A stretch of 64,000 nt of DNA from Acanthaster planci (taxonomy: Eukaryota). Position 1 is the stretch's first letter, and each line of letters starts with the position of its first letter. Positions 1 through 12,270 of this stretch are shown in pieces. The stretch lies in contig NW_019091362.1 of assembly GCF_001949145.1 (NCBI RefSeq), positions 1,681,838 through 1,745,837 on the forward strand. Direction: 5' to 3'. Made by a program: the position numbers and the translations under genes. The notes under the pieces were generated by a model that worked only from the letters and a program-made list of their open reading frames with translations, was not told the origin of the DNA and ran no database searches.

Positions 1-3000
1 AATTTAGCTGGGAAGGAAGTAAGCCAAAATAGTCCGCGTGTCTTCATGTCGTTAAAAAGCACATACCTTGTGGTCTGTTTACCGAATGGAATAATTAGCC
101 TATATCGTAGAAACCGGAACGTCATAGGTTGATGGAAACTCCGACTTTACCCCTGAAATGTTTGCCAAGATGTATTAGTCGCTGTTTACCTAAGGAACCG
201 GGCTTTATGTGCTTTATTGCCTGTTTCAACAATCGTGCACAGTAACAGACAAGATGGTCCTTGCCTATCTCTCTGATAAATCAGCAATGTCATTCAAGGA
301 CCCCCCTTCGTTCAGGGACGTATTCGTCACATACATGCATTATTGCCAAAAGGACATAAAGGATTGTCTCTGGCCACCATTTGTCGCGCAGCAAGGCATA
401 TTATACATTTTGCGTTCACGTGCCGCCTTTGGTAGACGCCAAGTTATTGCACCTTTTGTGGCGCTCTTCAATGCATGCCAACAGCATTGAACAGTGTCAT
501 CATATAGCTGGACACAAAATGGATACTGTTTACCTAAATTCATTAGTTTAAAGTATGCCATAGTGCGTTTCACCTAACGCCATTTTATGTCCATAGTAGG
601 CAATTCTCACGGAGGCAATTCTTGCGCCCTCTGTGCGCAGATTAAGATGATTTTTGACAAGCCAAGCTTGTCCTAACATCATCTTGCAGCGCAATAAACA
701 CAGTGTCGAACTCGGTGGCTGGCCACAAAGGGGACCTGGGGACTAACTTCCCGGTGCAATACTTGCAAGCTTCTTTGAAATATTTCGTTGGCCTACATAA
801 TTGTAGAGTTCCAGTAAAAACAAAAGGCACCTTTTTAAAACATAGTGACTGCAGAGTGCGCAGGTAAGACATGATTAGCTATTGTAGGTCGTATTTCCGC
901 TTAAATAATGAAACGGACGTGCGAAAGAACTTTTTTTTGGGGGGGGGGAACAATGACTCAACTACAGCGGAAGGACACAGAAGGAACTGCAACTCTGGCA
1001 CTTCAAAGTGTTCAATTACCGTCACCGCCGAGTCAGACGAATAATAGAAAACATTCCCAAATGCCCCATTACTGCTTGCATCTTGGCCGGACAAGCGGGG
1101 CCAGTAATATCCTAGTAGTACTTGTACTGTTTTGCTTGCCATTAAATACAAATTATTTTTGTGACCGGGAAATAGAGAGAGAAAAATCCCCGATGTTAGA
1201 CCTACTTTTGCCATTGTGAAAAAAAACTTTTAAAATTTTGATTCACTGTTCCATTATCCATGCAAAGTTTGTAATTTATTATCCGTCCAATACATCAGTT
1301 TTCAAAGATTTGGTACAAATTTGGCTAAGAGTTGCAAACAAAATGTTGACTACTACTATAGAAAGCTCAGTTCATAAGGAACAAAATGCACTATTTCATC
1401 ACAGGGACTGATCATGAAGTCTCGTAAAATACGCTTTTGTACCAATGCCATAATAAAGGTGATTTGAACAAGCAAAAAATCTTGTAAACAACGGGACTAT
1501 TTATTCCCAAATTAACTCCAGAAGAAAGCGCTCATTTAGGGCAATGACTACACATGAACATTTAGGGCACACGGTGTAATACAAGCAACCGTGCAAGCAT
1601 TAAATTTGATGTTCTGAGATCATATCAAGCACCGACAAATGTATGAATATTCAATTTCCCATACCTCAGTGCACAAAGTTTTAAGGATGCAGATTACCAG
1701 CGACAAATTGCGGCGGTGATCATTGGGTACAGAGGGGTTTCGTGGTTGTGAAACAGATGGTGCGTAGCAAGCGCTCGCTGGGCTCTGGCTATGGACACAC
1801 TGGGTATGAAAAGCGGTAATTGGCCAGATGTTAGAGCCCAGGCAGCTCAAACTCCTGTGTCCTTCCTCTATGGTGAAATCTAGTTACACCATTGGTCCAA
1901 ATAACACCTTGTGATATCCTCACTGAACTACTCAACACGTATAAAAGCATCCGGATGTTTTTCTTCTGGCGTGGAAGCAAACGAATGGATATCATTTTGG
2001 CAGACGAAAATATTTTATGGATTTCCGTATATTTTATTTACCATTTACAGAAGGGAATTATGCAGCATGTCAAAGCCAAGGATGAAGTCGGTACGATAAA
2101 AAAATACCATTTCTGTCCTGTTTTATTTTTCTGTATACCTTTTCCGTTTTGTTTTCGTTTGCGTCGCCATAAGAGTTGGGAAATGTTGGATAATTCTTTG
2201 ACCCAAACTATGAACATTCTGAAAAATTTGGTCTAGGAAAAAAAAAAGAAGATTTTGGATGTGGAGAAACAGAAACAAACACAAGTTGTTGTTTATACTG
2301 ACACTGTGTGTTGTTCATATTGTTAGTATTTATGGGCTGTTGCGTTGTTGCTGTAACACTGTTACCAAAGACCACACCAGGGGGCGGATCAGGGAATTTT
2401 TCGAAGGGGGATTAGGCCCCTCATATTTGTTATGTAAGATAATTTTAACGGACAGGTGGACACGTAGATAATGCATTAGATCGTTACTGATATCAAAACA
2501 ACTGAAAAAAATCAGAAATTCGTCGCTTGTATCACCAACTAAGGTATCATGGATAGTTGCTGCATTACGAACTGCCATATCGTGTACAAAGTCTATGGAC
2601 GGATACGTCACTTCCTGGTGCACCAAAACTATGGTACACATCACTTCGTTTCCTCCATTTCTTTGCAGATCTCTCTTTCTTTGCACGCAAGCCTGCTTAA
2701 TTACATTTTACTGCCCTTAAGATCAGAAGTCAATATACCATGAATTCAACCGGCATTGTCTGAATGCCGGCGGTTACTTTCTAGATTTGATAATTAGTCG
2801 CGTATACGGGTTTGCTTGTCCATGAACTTCCTTCGAAATCCATCGGCTCGGGACAAATATGAAGTAGCATAACTGGCCGAGTTCCGACTTGTCTATAACG
2901 ACTTGACAAAATGCGTTCTCGCATGGGTTATAATGCGCTCAGTGCAATAAATGTGCAGTTGGCAGAGGGCAATATGTAAATGAAAGGATTAGTCCTTAGT

Positions 3001-3735
3001 CCATCAGTTAAATGGGGATTCCTCTCAATACGTCGGGCCATTATTTGCAGATCAGGTGATGTTTAACGATCAGTATACTCAGGTCAATTATGAATTATTA
3101 TAGAATGTATCAACGTGAAACATTTGATTAATTTGTTATTAACTTTGCTGTGGTACTCAACACAGAATACAAACCCTCGAGGTTTATAAGCGGTACGTGT
3201 AATCATACCGTCTAAATATCGGTGCATAACGAAGAAAAACCGCCAAATCTTGTTGGTAAGTTGGTGAATGCATCCTTGCCGCTGCTTGAAGCTACAAGCT
3301 TTTGTAGTTGCTCAGGTGCTGTGGTGTGTATCCCCAGTACCTCAAAAGCACGATCCACCGACATCTGTATCTTCTCTAACTTCATTGCGAATCACTACAT
3401 GTAATAGTGCAAAGATAAATGGCGAACTTCAATTAACGTTCCTCGAGTGGACTGCACAAAATGCGATGGCGGCCTAGAATACATGCATTTAAGGATGCTC
3501 ATATCAATTCTGCAATTTGAACCAATCAGAGTGCGGGTCATAGAACTCGCTAGGGACTACCATTATGTTGGATCTACAAACCTGAAAACGATTTCTCAAA
3601 GTCGGTAGTTGGATGGTCGACCATCCGCAAGGTGGGGACGAGGCAACTCAGGCAACCAACGTCCCCCGCGGATATATACGTATACATGTACTGTGTGAAA
3701 AAAAACCGACTCAATTATCGATTTGGTATCAAGTC

Positions 3736-3926
3736 TAGTAACTTTCCTGACGTAGGACCTGTTTGTTTCACACAGATCTTGATCTCGATCAGTGATCCAA
3801 AAGCTGGTTTAGGCCTACTCTATGCAGTACGTGGGTGCTGGGGTCAGTGAGCCAATGTCGGATTACTGATCGCGATCCGGATCCGCGTGAAGCACACACG
3901 CCCAACGTGGTGCCTGGAGTTAACTA
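3736..3926. repeat. Degenerate inverted-repeat MITE
   Basis: gtttcacacagatcttgatctcgatcagtgatcc pairs with ggattactgatcgcgatccggatccgcgtgaagc. Confidence 0.6.
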
Positions 3927-6900
3927 TGCTAATGGATGGGAAAAATCCGTTGGCGTTAAATGTGTTGGGACCGCTCTCAGCCTGCTCAAACATGGACATA
4001 TCTGATATCCTCAGTTGTAACACCACACCCGCAAATTTTGTATCATAATTGATCGAGAGCTAGTCCCATAAAATCCACCATTTTCCTGTCTTAATTTTTG
4101 CTGCCAAAACAACTACGAATTCCCGAAGAAATACCCGTAACAAAAACAAGGAGCCATACAAATGACCATCGGCATTGTGTGTAAATACTGTTATGTGGGT
4201 TGCTCGTTGTGCGCCTTTTGAAGTGCTATGAGAGCCACAGAGCTGGAAGCAAGAGGTAGCCAGAAAAAAGTGCCCGTTCATTTGTTCAACGAATTAATTA
4301 TTCAAACAGACACACTTTTCATTTGCACTGAAATCAGAAGAATCAGTTGTCGCTTACATTGAGCAGAATCTATGGCAAAGATGTTGTAAAACAAATATAC
4401 TGACCGCTTTATCTAAGGCATTCTGTTTCCCCAATGTTTCGCCCCGGGAAGTTTAACTGCTCTATGGATCGACTCGACAGGCCAGTCTTGTTACACCACT
4501 GGAAGCAGTCAATTTTAATATAATACATGTATGTGCCTGGGCTACACATGACTATTCATTTCATGCGAATGTCCGTGGGGAATATATTCTTGACGTGGTA
4601 CATGTTGATATGTACAGAACAAATTGCTGTATGATGTTGACATTCGACATTTCTTTTATTTTCTCTCGTACAAACATAGGCCTATATTGTTGAATATGTT
4701 TAAGTCTATTAAAATTTATAGGATCAAGGGGTCAAAATAATGATTGCCAATATGCAGGTTTTTCTCAAATACAGATAGGCCTAATCTAAGATGAACATTA
4801 ATAGAAATGATGTATTGGTGTAGATCGAAAATGCATTTGTGAGATGGGGCCAGAGATAAAATTAGACACCCGTGTCTAATCGCCCTCTTTTCGACAGAAG
4901 TTGCCCTGCTCAACAAAACAAAACAAAATAAAAAATGGCACAGATGTGACATCAAAAAGAGCGTCCCATCTCGTCTGTCAAGGTGGAATTTGCGCAATAT
5001 GTTTCGGTCTGGAATCTATCTCACGACTTCTTAAAATTGCCCGGGTCCCTTCCTTTGGAAAAAAAAATAGAGAGCGGGCTGAAATGATATGAAAAGGCTT
5101 CGTGAAAAGAAAATTTCTTGACTTTCCCAAATCTGCAAAATACGTGTCAATTTAAAAGTATAAAACTTCCATTTTCTCTTACCTGGGTATTTCAAGGTGG
5201 CTTTTTACAGTTACCAGGCAGGATGCTTCCAGAGACTTTACATATTGACTATACTAGACTACATGCAACTCCACCATCTTCCACAACTGGAAATATTTCA
5301 CTATTCTTTCCTTGTTCTAATGTATGAATCTGAAGTGATTCTCCGGCTGCCAATTCTAGTACAGGATTTTTATCTTTTCAGAGTTAGAAATTGCAATTCG
5401 CTAATTAATCGTTCATTTTTTTCCTGCAATAAAAGTCATGTCCAATAAAACTTTTCAGACAAGAGTCGATAGGACTTACATGTTCATTGCACTTAGCAGC
5501 TGCATCGAATGATATCGATTGGATGAAAATCTTCCATGAACTTCAGTGCAGTGACTAGCAATCACATAGCGAACACGGAGCAAAACACAAGGAACTAACT
5601 CACCCGCCAGCTAGCTTTCCATTGCAAAAGCTCCAATCCTACCACCACATGAGCGAACAAGTTGAAAATAAGCAGTTTCGAAACCGATTTTGTTTATAAG
5701 GGTTGCGAGTCCTGTTAGACGAAAACAAACAAACAAACAGCACGAACTGCGTGTCGGTACGTCATGGCTGCGTGGCCAATGAGATCAGAGTCAAGGATGC
5801 GACCAAAGATACTCGGAAATTGAGGATTGCTTCCGACAGAATTCTACATTATGCAGTAGCAGAAGCATGTCTTTGCGTAGCAGGCGCACGCGCTGTGTAA
5901 ACGCAGGCTTCGAAGAATGAAAATCATCCTTGGACTTCCTGATCCCGTAAGACATGCCATCCCGAGAGGGGGGGGGATTCTAAACAATATAAGTTCAACT
6001 TTAATGCCAATGTATTTTCAAGTGTGTGCATGTGCTGTTCCTTTATTCAGTACTGCACGGAAACATCGAGACTGTGATATTTTAGTATGTCATGTAGGAA
6101 TCTGGGATTTCAAAGTTGCTTCCAATGTCCGTGTGTGTCTGGCCAGTATGAAGGCGGTGTATTGAATGAATGAGAGGTCAACGGCTTGTCAAAGGACCAG
6201 TACCGCGAAGCATTGGAGGAAAATCGCAGCATTTTACGAAGATGGCTGAACATCCCAATGCATTAAAATATGCATTCAGCCCAAAAACCCTTGTGCCTAC
6301 TTTAATGTACTCGGCTAAAGGCGCTAAATTTCCTTTAGATGGATCAAAGAGCAATTTGCAACCGATTCTTTCATTCATTACATGCCATTCTCTCGAGGCT
6401 CTTCCCATCAAAGGGATATCCCCAAAGTATGCCCCCTGCGTAAAACGCCGGCGAAATATTCTATATAAAGTTACTCAAAAACGGTCAAATTGTTGTTTAA
6501 AACCCAATGCATTGAATAGTGGAAACAGATGCATTAGTAATTTTCTCAGAGGTTTGTTCACCAGAAAAAAAGGAATTTATTTCGCACCTGGTTCAAGTTC
6601 TTAGTTTGGATTGATATGATTCGTTCCGACAGCTAGAAGACTGTTTTTCTAAAAACAATTGCTCCACCGTCCTTCGGATCTGTATGGCGTTACTAGTTTC
6701 AATGCATTTTAACGTACCTTGAGACAGTCTTACCCCTTTTCCGCCTGTAAAAACTACAAAGTTTGTCCTAATTTATGCACACGGCAGACCTTAACGCCAA
6801 GGTAGCTAAAAAAGGTAGACATATTTTATGTTACATTCAACTGCAATTTAATAAGCACTGTACACCGAGCCTGGGCGTGGCTCGAGCCCATGCACCCATC

Positions 6901-8484
6901 CCCTTACTAGCGCATTTAAACCATTGGACCTCGGAAATTTCATAGTGGTTAGTTGCTTCGATCACCACAGCATTGGGCATACTGCATTCAGTGACTATCG
7001 GGCAAAGGTTGTGTCAGAAATTGAAATTACAGGTCGCAGATAGGAGGCCCATCCTGGCAAGCATGTTCATTTTTCCGTACAAGTTTCCGGACAGCACTGA
7101 CGGTACTCATTTATCATTATACATGTTGCCGATATGGAATATTATTCTTTTTGTCGACAGTATTAACCAGACTTGAGCACAATAAAGTTAACCGTTTAAT
7201 CTCTAATGTCGTGAGAGCAGGTGGGGTCTCCATAATGAAAACGCTCTAAATACAACAATCTCAAAAATGCAGTGATCTTCTTGGAAATTTTTACAAGACA
7301 TACTTTTAGCGAAGAGGAGTCAACCTTTTTGTGTGACAGTTCTCATTTTCCCTTGTGTAGGAACTACAGATTTTCGATGCACTGCGAAACTCATTAAATT
7401 AAAATGGATAATTTGAGCCGATTTATTTCCTTAGCATTACTGATTTCACCCCACGACATATTTTTCAGATCTTAAAAGTTACTGCATTTTGCAAAGAACG
7501 AATGTAACTTTAATTGCTGGAGGCATTACCACTAGAATATTCATGATAATACGTTCCATCATAAGTAACATTCATCAGGAGACGTTAAGTTGTTACTTTG
7601 GCAATTTTGTTACCGAAGAAAGCTATCCAAATATTGAAGTTAAGTTATTTTGATGTGCATGATGTATGATTCTACTAGAGGATTTTAGGGTTTATTTTTC
7701 GATCACTTTCAAAACGTTTTAGAAACTCGTACAAAAGGCTGAATCTTATCTTTTAGACCCCCCGAATAAACATGCTTTGATCAGAAAACAATCTGAAGGC
7801 AAAAATGAGTAAAAAAGAGTTAATTCTACGCTGACCAGTTATCTAATAGTGGAATAAGAATGGGCTAGGTCTCAGTTTTAAGGTTGTTTTTTTTTCCAAG
7901 ATCTTTAAGAGTGATATCCGAAGTTCGTGGATAAAAGCAGATAAAAATACCGTTATTTAACCCTGTATAAAATTGTGCTGGGAAGGCTAACTTTGTCTAC
8001 GTTCAATTACACTCAGTTTTGAAAAGCTTATTACTTTTAGACTTTAAACTGAGGCGAAAGGAGTGCCGAGCTTTGTCAGTTGAAAGAGCTCCTGTTTCAG
8101 TCAAAGGGGCACCTGTCGGAATGGGTGTCGTAGCCCGTGTGTGTCACGATTTGGCACCACACCACAAGGCGCGGTGTTGCCATCGTCGTCAAAATGGTAG
8201 AACTCCTGCAATATGTGATCGATGAGTCAGTATCTCTTTGTGTTTTTTTTATTTGGGGGAGGAGCTAATACAAAAGCGAATGCGGCTTCGGGCTTATATT
8301 CAACATGATGTTGGGGAGAAAAAAATATGAAAAGCCTTACTAACGGTTCCGACATCCCTTTTTTTTTTAGGGTTTTGGTGCTATTTTTTGATATATTAAA
8401 TATTTTAAATTAATATTCGATTAATGTAAATCCCTCTGGGGAAAGTTTCCCTCTGCCCCCCCCCTCTGGATACGACACTGCCCA

Positions 8485-8690
8485 CACTCTAAAAACACTT
8501 GGGTCAGACTGACCTGGAACCTGGTTCCCATGGGGCCTGACCCCTTTCCGGGTCAAATTAAGACCCCTTTTGGGTCAAATTTAAAAGGGATCAAATATGA
8601 CCCACAAGGGGTCATAATTTGACCCGGATAGGGGTCAGGCCCCATGGGATCCAGATTCCGGGGCAGTCTGACCCAGGTGTTTTTAGAGTG
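8485..8690. mobile_element. Foldback MITE, ~95-bp arms, CACTCT...AGAGTG termini
   Basis: Left arm cactctaaaaacacttgggtcagactgacctgg... is the near-exact reverse complement of the right arm, with a short spacer. Confidence 0.85.
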
Positions 8691-9805
8691 TAGATTCAAG
8701 TCTACGATAGGCCTTTGTACTGATGATGTCTCGCCTTGTTTGCATGTTTGCTCTCAGGAGTGCTGGTCTACGGTCCACTGAGCACCTACAGGAAATTACA
8801 CCTGTAAATGAAGCGTGACGTCATTTTTTTCTGTTCCTTCTTCTCCTTCTCCTTGCCCCTTCTAAAAGGAAATCTTGAAGTTGGGAGAAACCTCCCATCT
8901 CCTCTGGACTACACCCTTTATCCTCTGTGAACGACACCCACTTCCAATCTCCCATTCAGCATCGTGATTTTGGTATTATACCTCTGGCCACTTACATGGC
9001 ACTTACATGGCCCCTGACTAGGGCACTTGAGCTAGGACGTTGACAACGTGCAATACTGCAAGCCTAGGGCTGGATATCTCTTAGCAGAAGCCTAGTGTGG
9101 CGTTCCCCGGGTCATATAGCTTCGAATTCCACTCTACGTAATTTCTTGCTATGCGAAAGTCTACATGTACTCGAAAACTTCTTCGGTTTATGTTTGTCGT
9201 TCATTCGATGATCTTAATTTCATAATTCATCTCATCTCTCATGGTTTCAAAGGCATACGTTTTTGTGTCGAAGTAAATTGTCTATATAAAGTGAAATGTA
9301 CGGCAAATGCAAATGAGCTTTCTATTAACCAAAACCCTGGGAGCAAATGACTGTGCATTTTTCTTAGATTAAGAATGTCCACTGGCACATCGGTGGTGGC
9401 AGTGGCGGGGAGAGGAGTGTGCAACAGAGGCCATTGTGCTAAAAAAGCGATTTTTTGAGGGGGGGGCTAATTCCCTTCCTTCCAAAGGCATGTAGCCTAA
9501 TAAGCCTCACCCCTTACAACCCCCCAAAAAATTCGTACGTAATTTTCTCCTTTTTGAAGAGTTCCCACCCATTAAAAACATTATCCCTTCGAGAAGAAAA
9601 GAGTTCTGGGTCCACTTTTGACAACATCTGAGTGGTTAAGGCGCCCCACTGAAAACGGCAATGACAGCAATTTCCCAGATTTGTCTAACATTGGAATAAG
9701 TCTCCTAAGGTCAGTTCATACTTCATGTAACAGCGAACAGGTTGCAAACAAAATATTTACTTATAACTTTTGTGTTTGCTCAAGCAGCAAGTTGTTAGCT
9801 TATAG

Positions 9806-9863
9806 ACAACAACAACAAGAACAACATCAAGAACAGCAACAACAACAACAAGAACAACAACAA
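9806..9863. repeat. Imperfect (CAA)n/(GTT)n microsatellite
   Basis: caacaacaacaagaacaacatcaagaacagcaacaacaacaacaagaacaacaacaac. Confidence 0.9.
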
Positions 9864-10165
9864 CGTGGTATATGCGTGGGCGAATTATCGGAGCGGGATT
9901 TCTAAAGGAAACGCGGGTCGACGGGGACACTTTTCCTCGAAGTTGTTTGCCAAGTTTGTCCATCGATAGTATTAACACAGGTACTTGTATCTTCATGAAA
10001 AATTCAAACCGGATGCTCCGCATTATCTAGATCTGCAACGGTTCAGCTGTGGATCCCGGGAAATGTCGCGATTCGTCCGGTGTTTTAGCGTCACCTCCAT
10101 ATTGTGATGTCATCATGTCTTGTCCCGCCTGAATAAAGTGGCGATACCACAAGACAACGCACCAT

Positions 10166-10173
10166 TGACGTCA
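10166..10173. promoter_or_regulatory. Full palindromic CRE (TGACGTCA) with nearby CRE-like sites
   Basis: Exact motif, with variants TGATGTCA (~10105) and GCGTCA (~10088) nearby. Function not demonstrated. Confidence 0.35.
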
Positions 10174-11315
10174 CATTGTTGAGCATGCGTGGGTGTATTA
10201 GAAGTTATGACCTTGGTATGACACTTTATGGCTGTTTGCTTTCAGTGACCAACGGGCAGTTCGAGTTGCGTGGTACGTCTCCACACGCTTGCGCAATTGG
10301 CGTCTCGGTTGGCAGTCTCGCCTCGAGGAGTGAATGGAACCTGTGACTGAATGAAATTATTCGTACCATTGCGTGAATGTGATACATCCACTTCTTCTTC
10401 TACACAACGCCTTGTCTTGAAAAGTTTGTGCACAACTTGCCGTTTTCCTTTCTGAGTCTAGGCTAAAGTCACAAGAAGTTGTCGGTTCGATCAGTGTTTC
10501 AATAATCGTTCTACAACATACCTGCACTCCATTTGCGTCTTTGCATCAAATACTGTAGTTGGGAAATTTCTGTTTCTGTTACGAGTAGGAGACGGACGGA
10601 CCAATGTTTCGGGTTAATCCCCATTTTGTTTGAGGAGCAAGCTTACCCCGGAATAGCCGCATCAATAGTGTCATCATCAACACTGCAACCGTGGGTACCT
10701 ATAGGTGCGAGGTTTCGGCGTTCCATCCCGCACATATACATGTGATAACTTGTCACGTTTTGCAGTGCTGTCGCGTGACATGCTTTGGGGCAAATGATTT
10801 ACATAATGTTATCTACAATTCTTGAATCAGATGACTTTAAACACTGTTAAACTAAGAACCGTTTCCTCTCTGTCAAATCACCGCCAGATAGGTGGCAGTG
10901 GCGCATCCAGATTTTCAGCATACAGACAAAACAACTATTTTTTTTTCTTAAAACGATTGTCCAATTATTTTTTCACCCCAAAGGAATCCTCACCGTAAAA
11001 ACTTGGGTAGTATATTTTCTTAAGCGTTGGTATTTTCCATCTTCTGTTAGTCTTCAGAATCTACAACATACCGGAATAATTCAAAGCCCGAAGGCAAATA
11101 GAGTGGGTTTGAGGACTTCAGATGATACGACTAACGTGAGAGGATCTCCTTATATTTAAATATCAAAGTATCGATCAAAGATCGTATCGCAAAAAGGTTT
11201 TATCACCATCGGCGCCATTCGAGTGTAAACGTTGGTGCACAGGCGCAGGCATACCAGGGTGTGCGTGCCTGTCACGGCGCCTGCGCCAGTGGAGCCATAG
11301 CGTAATTCCCACCCA

Positions 11316-11518
11316 AATCTGGTTTGTAAGTGTGACGTCACTTCAGTTGAAACCACGCCCACTGCACACGTGCACTGCACATAGACTTACATGCATTGAT
11401 CGCCGTTTACATGGAACCATGGAACCGGAAGTTAACGCGCAACTTCAGCGATTGTCCAATGAAAGCCTCCAAATCGTGGCGCGTCCGCCTTTGTGACGAA
11501 GTCACTTACGAACCGGAT
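11316..11518. repeat. GC-rich inverted-repeat element carrying CRE, E-box, ETS and CCAAT motifs
   Basis: atctggtttgtaagtg pairs with cacttacgaaccggat; interior has TGACGTCA, CACGTG, ACCGGAAGT and CCAAT. Confidence 0.5.
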
Positions 11519-12186
11519 GGCGCCCATGCGATAACAACGTTTTACGCGTATCCACGGTGAAGTCCCCGTCTTGCGCCGCTACGCGGCTCTAAGGTCGAGT
11601 TCGGGCGGCCTGTTCTTGACACGGGTTTCTTGTTCTCGCGCTCGAACTGCGGGAACACGACTCAAGAACACTGTTCTCGGAACAGGATCACACACCACCT
11701 CCTCATCAGGGTTTTACAGGAACACACGAAAAAACTCGTGAGATTTTGATTTTTGAACAGCTGCAAAAAGTAGAGAGATGGCTTCCAAAGCCATAGACAA
11801 AGGGAACTTTAGCAAAATTAACATTAATTATTTTCCGTAACACAGAAATGAATGTTCCTGTTTATATAAAAAAGAATTCAGCCCATCCAAACATTAACTC
11901 TCGAATAACTTAGCCAACATGGACGCCGCCATGTTGCATGTTGCTTGTCACTAACTACCAGCAATAACTGGTTGTTTGTTCCCGGCGTTCGAGCGGCCGA
12001 CCCACGAATAACAAATCTAGCTGTTCGTGAACATACATATGGTTTGGGCCTACACCGAAACTGTGTACGCTGTGTTGAATACAAGATAGATTTGTCAAGA
12101 GGGAAGAAAACAAAATTAGCAGAGGAATATGTGGTACCTCCTGAAAACTAATGCAACAAATTAATGAAAAATGTTGTCATATTGAC

Positions 12187-12270
12187 AAAAATATATACAG
12201 TCAGTGTTCTTAATCTATTTATAAGATAAATTAAGAGCACTGACTGCATATCACTGACTGTATATATTTT
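12187..12270. repeat. AT-rich hairpin/palindrome
   Basis: aaaaatatatacagtcagtgttcttaat...attaagagcactgactg, with a duplicated cactgactgtatatattttt arm. Confidence 0.7.

Noticed and set aside
1620..1856. Minus-strand exon-like ORF bounded by AG and GTATGG
   Set aside because: No recognisable protein similarity and no partner exons.
9618..9905. Plus-strand ORF with a poly-Q/E tract
   Set aside because: Explained by the CAA microsatellite; non-ATG start and no recognisable domain.
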